From assembly GCA_046483305.1 (NCBI GenBank), contig JAWODM010000026.1:1-12549 (forward strand): 12,549 nucleotides of DNA. The letters are read 5' to 3'. The notes under the pieces are model-generated. The model did no database searches and was not told the origin of the DNA. It saw nothing but the letters and a program-made list of their open reading frames with translations. This document shows, one piece after another, positions 7,927-12,549 of the stretch (position 1 is its first letter; every line of letters begins with the position of its first letter). Made by a program: the position numbers and the translations under genes. Source of the DNA: Candidatus Krumholzibacteriales bacterium. Lineage in GTDB: Bacteria; Krumholzibacteriota; Krumholzibacteriia; Krumholzibacteriales; WJIX01.

Positions 7927-7934
7927 GTAACACG
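7907..7934. promoter_or_regulatory. Candidate repressor operator, NikR-like (GTAGCAC-N13-GTAACAC)
   Basis: GTAGCACG (7907-7914) and GTAACACG (7927-7934) repeat at a 20-bp period, with an AT-rich 13-nt spacer between heptamers that contains the -10 box. From memory, this resembles the GTGTTAC/GTAACAC half-sites with about 13-nt spacing described for deltaproteobacterial NikR. Confidence 0.6.
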
Positions 7935-7978
7935 TATTTCAAGTCTATACACTTTTTAACAACGAAGGAATGGTAGAA

Positions 7979-9877
7979 ATGAGAATCAGAACTCCAGGCA
8001 CAAAAATCCCGGAACTCATGTTTCTGGCTGTTTTCTTTCTGGCAATAATGGTTTCCCTGTCACTAATGGCTGAAGAGGGCTCAGAAGCCGGTTCCGCCGG
8101 TAAAAAATCAGAAGCCGCTGATTCGCTGCCCCTTTACAACATAGAGGAAATAGTGGTAACCGCTAAAAAGACATCTGTCGCGCTGGAAAACCTGCCGCTA
8201 TCGATGAGCCTCATTGACAGAGAACAGATAGATATCTCCACCGCGAACTCCTCAACGGGGATCGCTGAAAATCTCCCCGGAGTTTTCATACAGAGAACCG
8301 GAGAATTCGGAAGAAACGACGTCAATATAAGAGGGCTCGGTTCGCGGGGAAGAAAATCTCTGGTACTGATCGACGGCAAACCGGAGAATATGTCCCTTTT
8401 CGGATGCACGGTTACTCATTCATTTCTGATGCACGATATAGAGCGTATCGAGGTTATCAGGGGGCCTTCCTCCACCATGTACGGGTCTGGCGCGATGGGC
8501 GGGGTTCTGAATATCATACCGAGGAGGCCCGCCGGGCTGGAAGTAGAAGCAAGGACCGCGGGGGGAAGCAACCAGACAGCAGTCACCAGCGGGCGGATAG
8601 GCTTCAGCAGCGGCGCTCTGTTCGGCTCGGCCAGTATCGATTACCGGGAATCCGAAGGCCACACCGAAAACTCATCGTACCGGGGAAGTGATATCATAGC
8701 CAGAGGAGGAATCTACCTGGGAGACCGGTCGGAGATAACCATATCCGGAAAGATTTTCGACGGATTCAAGCAGGAGCCGGCGCTTCTCCAATCTTCTCTT
8801 CCGGGCCGGTCCTGGAATGATTACAGGAGAGGGAGCGCGGATATTCATTTTAAGAGCGAGGGGGGAGCGCTCTGGTACAGCGGGAGATATTACCGCAATT
8901 TCGGAGAGCACCTGTTCTCTGACGGATGGCACTCCAGGGATGCCACTGACGGAGTTCTTTTTCACATTGCCGGCAATCCCCTGCCCTGGCTGGAAATCAA
9001 CGGGGGGGCCGATTACAGGTATCAGCAGGGGGAACTGCCTGACCGGGATGATTCTTCGTGGAGCAAGTATGACTGGGGGATATACTCCGGAGTGGAGCTT
9101 TCTCCCCGGAAAGGGTTCTCATTTTCCGTATCGGCCCGGTACAACCGGGATGAAGTATCAGGTTCCGAGATCAGCCCCTCGGCGGGGTTGACCGCGCGGC
9201 CGTGGAAGGGCGGATCGGCGAGAGCTCTGATATCGCACGGATTCCGCTCGCCACAGATAAATGAACTTTATATGTACCCGCCCTCCAACACCGGCCTGGA
9301 AGCCGAGAGGGTCTGGAATTATGAACTCGGGTTCAGGCAGGACCTCGGTGCCGGGTTCAGTACCGACCTGACAGTATTCAGAATGGATGGAGAAAATTTC
9401 ATCGAGACGGTTCCTTCGCCGGCTCCCCCTCCCATGTATATATTCGATAATACCGGAGAGCTGCAATTCGACGGGTTGGAACTCTCCGTATCGGGCAGCA
9501 GGCACCCTTCGTTCCTGGGAAGGTTCTCAGTCACCCTCCTCGACCCCGGTACCGGCACCCGTGGCCGGCCGGGAAGAAAATTCGACCTGTCGCTGATATG
9601 GAAGAGCAGAATTTCTAAGGTCAAAATATCCGGCCAGAGGGTGGATGATTATTTCGCCGCGGATAACAGCGAAAACCCCATTCCCTCCTACAACCTTTTC
9701 AATCTGTACACCGGCATCACTCTGGGGAAAGGGGTCACCGCTTTCGCCTCCCTGGACAATATATTCGGCGAGGAGTACGCGGTGTTTACCGACCTTCCCG
9801 GCGGAAGCGCCGGGCTTTACGGAATGCCCGGCCGCACATTCCTGGCCGGGTTGAGGTACAGCCTGGGAAGAGATTAA
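7979..9877 (+). CDS. TonB-dependent outer membrane receptor (BtuB/CirA-like size), substrate uncertain, possibly nickel
   Basis: Signal peptide; TonB-box-like EEIVVTA; plug motifs NIRGLG, LVLIDG, IERIEVIRGPSSTMYGSGAMGGVLNII; barrel motifs GFRSPQINELY, LEAERVWNYELG, DNIFGEEY, PGRTFLAGLRY. ATG 7979 is preferred over 7970 because AAGGA (7965-7969) is 9 nt upstream of 7979 but abuts 7970. Confidence 0.93.
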   Translation: MRIRTPGTKIPELMFLAVFFLAIMVSLSLMAEEGSEAGSAGKKSEAADSLPLYNIEEIVVTAKKTSVALENLPLSMSLIDREQIDISTANSSTGIAENLPGVFIQRTGEFGRNDVNIRGLGSRGRKSLVLIDGKPENMSLFGCTVTHSFLMHDIERIEVIRGPSSTMYGSGAMGGVLNIIPRRPAGLEVEARTAGGSNQTAVTSGRIGFSSGALFGSASIDYRESEGHTENSSYRGSDIIARGGIYLGDRSEITISGKIFDGFKQEPALLQSSLPGRSWNDYRRGSADIHFKSEGGALWYSGRYYRNFGEHLFSDGWHSRDATDGVLFHIAGNPLPWLEINGGADYRYQQGELPDRDDSSWSKYDWGIYSGVELSPRKGFSFSVSARYNRDEVSGSEISPSAGLTARPWKGGSARALISHGFRSPQINELYMYPPSNTGLEAERVWNYELGFRQDLGAGFSTDLTVFRMDGENFIETVPSPAPPPMYIFDNTGELQFDGLELSVSGSRHPSFLGRFSVTLLDPGTGTRGRPGRKFDLSLIWKSRISKVKISGQRVDDYFAADNSENPIPSYNLFNLYTGITLGKGVTAFASLDNIFGEEYAVFTDLPGGSAGLYGMPGRTFLAGLRYSLGRD

Positions 9878-9932
9878 TTCAATCAGCGGCAGATCCTTTT
9901 CGCTCATTCAGCGGCCCTCCCGGCCTGGCGCA

Positions 9933-9946
9933 GCGGCAGAAGCCGC
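9933..9946 (+). terminator. Small GC hairpin downstream of the receptor, weak terminator candidate
   Basis: GCGGC-agaa-GCCGC; no proper U-tract follows. Confidence 0.25.
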
Positions 9947-9989
9947 GCTTACCATTACTTCCCGGGAAAACTTGAAGATAAACCCGGGG

Positions 9990-10039
9990 AGTCCGATTAA
10001 TAACTCTTCAGTCCGATTGCAGATCAGCCAGTCAGTGTT
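9990..10039. promoter_or_regulatory. Phased direct repeats, candidate enhancer (bEBP-binding UAS)
   Basis: AGTCCGATT at 9990-9998 and 10010-10018, and degenerate AGTCAGTGTT at 10030-10039; 20-bp periodicity; about 60-110 bp upstream of a sigma54-like promoter. Confidence 0.5.
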
Positions 10040-10095
10040 GAATGTGCCGATAATTCCCGCTTTCTTCTCCATCGCAATCCTATTTTACCCTTGCG

Positions 10096-10111
10096 TTGGC
10101 CCCGTTCTTGC
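10096..10111 (+). promoter_or_regulatory. Putative sigma54 (RpoN) -24/-12 promoter
   Basis: TTGGCCCCGTTCTTGC: GG at 10098-10099 and GC at 10110-10111 separated by exactly 10 nt, with TGGC and TTGC cores; about 90 nt upstream of the ACP start. Confidence 0.7.
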
Positions 10112-10203
10112 GAATAAACTGGTTGCATATTATCAAAAAAGAATGCTTATTAACAACTTTTGCATCGGTTTTAATCAGCAAACCGGATACTGGGGAGGAC
10201 AGA

Positions 10204-10446
10204 TTGGAGACAAAATCTAAACTCAGAGAATTCATTACAGAGAACTTTCTCTTCGGTTCCGATGAAGACGGCTTCAAGGACGATGATTCTTTTCTGGATA
10301 ACGGTATTATAGATTCGACCGGAGTTCTGGAACTGGTTTCATATATCGAAGAGGAGTTCGATCTGGAAGTGAAGGATGAGGAGCTTATACCCGACAACTT
10401 CGACTCGCTCAATAAACTGGTAACCTATATAGGAAACAAGAAATAG
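10204..10446 (+). CDS. Acyl/aminoacyl carrier protein (DltC-like, not the housekeeping AcpP)
   Basis: TTG start at 10204 with GGAGG 5 nt upstream; 80 aa, very acidic; GIIDSTGVLELV phosphopantetheine-attachment motif; ELIPDNFDSL C-terminal motif. Confidence 0.92.
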   Translation: METKSKLREFITENFLFGSDEDGFKDDDSFLDNGIIDSTGVLELVSYIEEEFDLEVKDEELIPDNFDSLNKLVTYIGNKK

Positions 10447-10479
10447 ATATCCCCCTATTCTGGTCAAAAGAGGTCACTG

Positions 10480-12042
10480 ATGCTGGTCCAGGAATTTCTG
10501 GAAAGAAATGCCGAGAAAACTCCGGGCAGGGAAGCGCTGGTTGCCGGAACGGAACGCCTGACCTATCAGGATCTGGAAATCCGCTCCAATTCTCTTGCCC
10601 GCACCCTGATAGAGCACGGCGTCGAATACGGCGACAGGGTGGCGGTGATGATGGACAACAGCGCCGGGTGCGTGACGGCGATATGGGCGGCGCTCAAGGC
10701 CGGGGGGATCTTTCTGGTAATCAACCCCACCACCAAGGAGCACAAGACAGAATATATACTGAACGACTGCGGGGCCACGGCCCTGATTACCCACAGCTCC
10801 AGGTGGAAATCTGCCTCCGGAGCGGCCTCCGGGGCTCCTTCACTCAGGTGTGTAGTCCTGGCCGGTAAGGAAGCGGCCGCCCCGGAAGGTTTTTCCGCAG
10901 AGATTATATCCTGGGATGAGGCCCTCAAATCGCCGGAGAGCCGTCCCGGTATCAGGACCATAGATATAGACCTGGCCTCGCTGGTATACACCTCCGGCAC
11001 TACCGGCAACCCCAAGGGTGTTATGATGACCCACCGGAACATGATATCCGCCTCCACTTCGATAACCACCTACCTGGAAAATGTGGAGAGCGATATCATA
11101 CTTAACGCTCTTCCCCTTTCCTTCGATTACGGGCTGTACCAGGTGATAATGGCCGCGCAGTTCGGGGGGAAGCTGGTACTGGAAAAGTCATTCACCTACC
11201 CGTACGCAGTCATCAATAAACTCAAGGAGGAGCGGGTAACCGGATTCCCGGTGGTTCCCACCATGCTCACCATCCTGCTCAGGCTCAAGGGGATTCAGAA
11301 CGAGAATTTAGAGCACCTCCGCTACATAACAAACACCGCGGCGGCGCTGCCGGTGAGCCACATCAGGAAATTCAGAGAATACTTCCCGGAGGTTACCGTC
11401 TATTCGATGTACGGGCTGACCGAGTGCAAGAGGGTGTCGTATCTTCCTCCGGAAATGATAGACCAGAAACCGGCCTCGGTGGGAAAGGGGATGCCGAACG
11501 AGCAGGTTTACCTGGTAGACGAGGATGGGAACATAATAGATCAGCCTGATACCCCTGGAGAACTGGTGGTCCGGGGAGGGAACGTCTCCAGAGGTTACTG
11601 GGGAAAGCCCGAAGAAACCGCCCGGATACTTAAAGAGGGCAGGTATCCCTGGGAAAAGGTTCTTTACACGGGCGACATATTCAAAATGGACCGGGACGGC
11701 TACCTCTATTTCATCTCCAGAAAGGACGACATCATCAAGAGCAGGGGCGAAAAGGTCAGCCCCCGCGAGATTGAAAATGTCCTGTACATGATAGAAGATG
11801 TCATGGAAGCGGCGGTAACAGGGGAACCCGACGAACTTCTCGGCGAAGCAATCAAGGTCTACCTGCGCCTGGCCGACGGCTCAAAACTGACGGAGAAGGA
11901 TATACTCCGGCATTGCGCCGCCAACCTGGAAGATTTCATGGTCCCCCAGGTTGTTGAGATCAGGGACTCGCTCCCCAGGACGGCATCCGGCAAAATAACG
12001 AAAAAAAGTATTCAACCGATATCAAAGAAAGGCAGGAAATGA
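10480..12042 (+). CDS. AMP-dependent ligase (class I adenylate-forming enzyme), probable carrier-protein-loading ligase
   Basis: 520 aa, AGAGG RBS. Motifs YTSGTTGNPKG, LPLSFDYGL, MYGLTE, GELVVRG, YTGD, RKDDIIKSRGEKVSP, LPRTASGKITK. Directly follows the ACP gene. Confidence 0.93.
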   Translation: MLVQEFLERNAEKTPGREALVAGTERLTYQDLEIRSNSLARTLIEHGVEYGDRVAVMMDNSAGCVTAIWAALKAGGIFLVINPTTKEHKTEYILNDCGATALITHSSRWKSASGAASGAPSLRCVVLAGKEAAAPEGFSAEIISWDEALKSPESRPGIRTIDIDLASLVYTSGTTGNPKGVMMTHRNMISASTSITTYLENVESDIILNALPLSFDYGLYQVIMAAQFGGKLVLEKSFTYPYAVINKLKEERVTGFPVVPTMLTILLRLKGIQNENLEHLRYITNTAAALPVSHIRKFREYFPEVTVYSMYGLTECKRVSYLPPEMIDQKPASVGKGMPNEQVYLVDEDGNIIDQPDTPGELVVRGGNVSRGYWGKPEETARILKEGRYPWEKVLYTGDIFKMDRDGYLYFISRKDDIIKSRGEKVSPREIENVLYMIEDVMEAAVTGEPDELLGEAIKVYLRLADGSKLTEKDILRHCAANLEDFMVPQVVEIRDSLPRTASGKITKKSIQPISKKGRK

Positions 12043-12549
12043 AAATCAGCATCGAAATTCTGAAACTTGACGCGGAGGCGGCCTCCCGGAAGCTGGAGCA
12101 GTTCATAAGAGCCAACGTAACGAAGACCTTCAGGAAGAAGGGTATCGTGGTGGGGATCAGCGGGGGGCTGGACTCGGCGGTGACCGCCGCCCTTTCGGTG
12201 AAAGCGGTCGGCAGGGAGAGGGTTCACGGGGTAATCCTCCCGGAGGAAGACTCAAACCCGGTAAGCAGGGAATACGCCCTCAAGGCGATCGATTCGCTGG
12301 GGATTGAATATAACGAAGTAAATATTACGCCGGTGCTGGAAGCTTTCGAAGTGTACGAGAAGAGAGACCGGATAGTAAGAAAGTACTTTCCCGATCTTGA
12401 GGATGATTACAGATTCCGCATTACCCTTCCGCAGGACCTGCTGGAGAGGGACCGGCTGAATGTATACCACCTGGAAGTGCAGGAAAACTCCGGCGAGATA
12501 ATGGAAGCGCGCCTTTCCAGGGATGATTACCTGGAGATGATGGCGGCCA
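12039..12549 (+). CDS. nadE: NAD(+) synthase-like N-type ATP pyrophosphatase (NadE family), 5' part only; runs off the window
   Basis: Not in the ORF track (no stop in window). ATG 12039 overlaps the ligase stop (ATGA). Manual translation gives 170 open codons: MKISIEILKLDAEAASRKLEQFIRANVTKTFRKKGIVVGISGGLDSAVTAALSVKAVGRERVHGVILPEEDS...; SGGLDS PP-loop at residues 41-46; no N-terminal nitrilase domain. Confidence 0.88.
   Translation, partial: MKISIEILKLDAEAASRKLEQFIRANVTKTFRKKGIVVGISGGLDSAVTAALSVKAVGRERVHGVILPEEDSNPVSREYALKAIDSLGIEYNEVNITPVLEAFEVYEKRDRIVRKYFPDLEDDYRFRITLPQDLLERDRLNVYHLEVQENSGEIMEARLSRDDYLEMMAA

Noticed and set aside
7797..7978. Cobalamin riboswitch upstream of the BtuB-sized receptor
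   Set aside because: No GGGAA...GCCACTG core or B12 box, and the leader after the predicted promoter is only about 45 nt. The btuB symbol was therefore not assigned.
9872..9882. GATTAATTCAA is the reverse complement of 109-119, suggesting inverted ends around a 9.8-kb element
   Set aside because: Only 11 AT-rich nt, overlapping the receptor stop codon, with no transposase or target duplication; compatible with chance.
9879..10054. CRISPR-like array from the short repeats
   Set aside because: Repeats are only 7-12 nt with 20-25 nt periods, too short for a repeat-spacer array, and no cas genes are present.
10096..10203. N-terminal extension of the ACP ORF from TTG 10096
   Set aside because: That TTG lies within the sigma54 element; TTG 10204 has a strong GGAGG and gives a normal 80-aa carrier protein.
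9972..10220. 82-aa ORF in the receptor-ACP intergenic region
   Set aside because: No RBS or recognisable motif; it overlaps the repeats, the promoter and the ACP start.

Overview
Bacterial, diderm (outer-membrane barrel and TonB-dependent receptor present) chromosomal region centred on cell-envelope functions. In order: a hairpin-rich non-coding stretch at the left edge (possible REP/MITE end); three unrelated polytopic membrane proteins with GT-C-type glycosyltransferase signatures (two on +, one on -); a TM1459-like 4-His cupin; an outer-membrane beta-barrel with an adjacent glyoxalase II/YcbL-like MBL hydrolase; a stand-alone TonB-dependent receptor; and the start of an acyl carrier protein / AMP-dependent ligase / NadE-like operon that runs off the right edge. 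The most interesting signals are regulatory. A GTAGCAC-N13-GTAACAC repeat straddles the receptor's -10 box and resembles the deltaproteobacterial NikR operator, suggesting nickel rather than B12 uptake. A sigma54 -24/-12 promoter with 20-bp-phased upstream repeats precedes the ACP-ligase-NadE operon. Two of the GT-C genes have 5' ends that do not fit canonical starts. No rRNA, tRNA, CRISPR array or transposase was seen. All family calls come from motif recognition by eye, not database searches.
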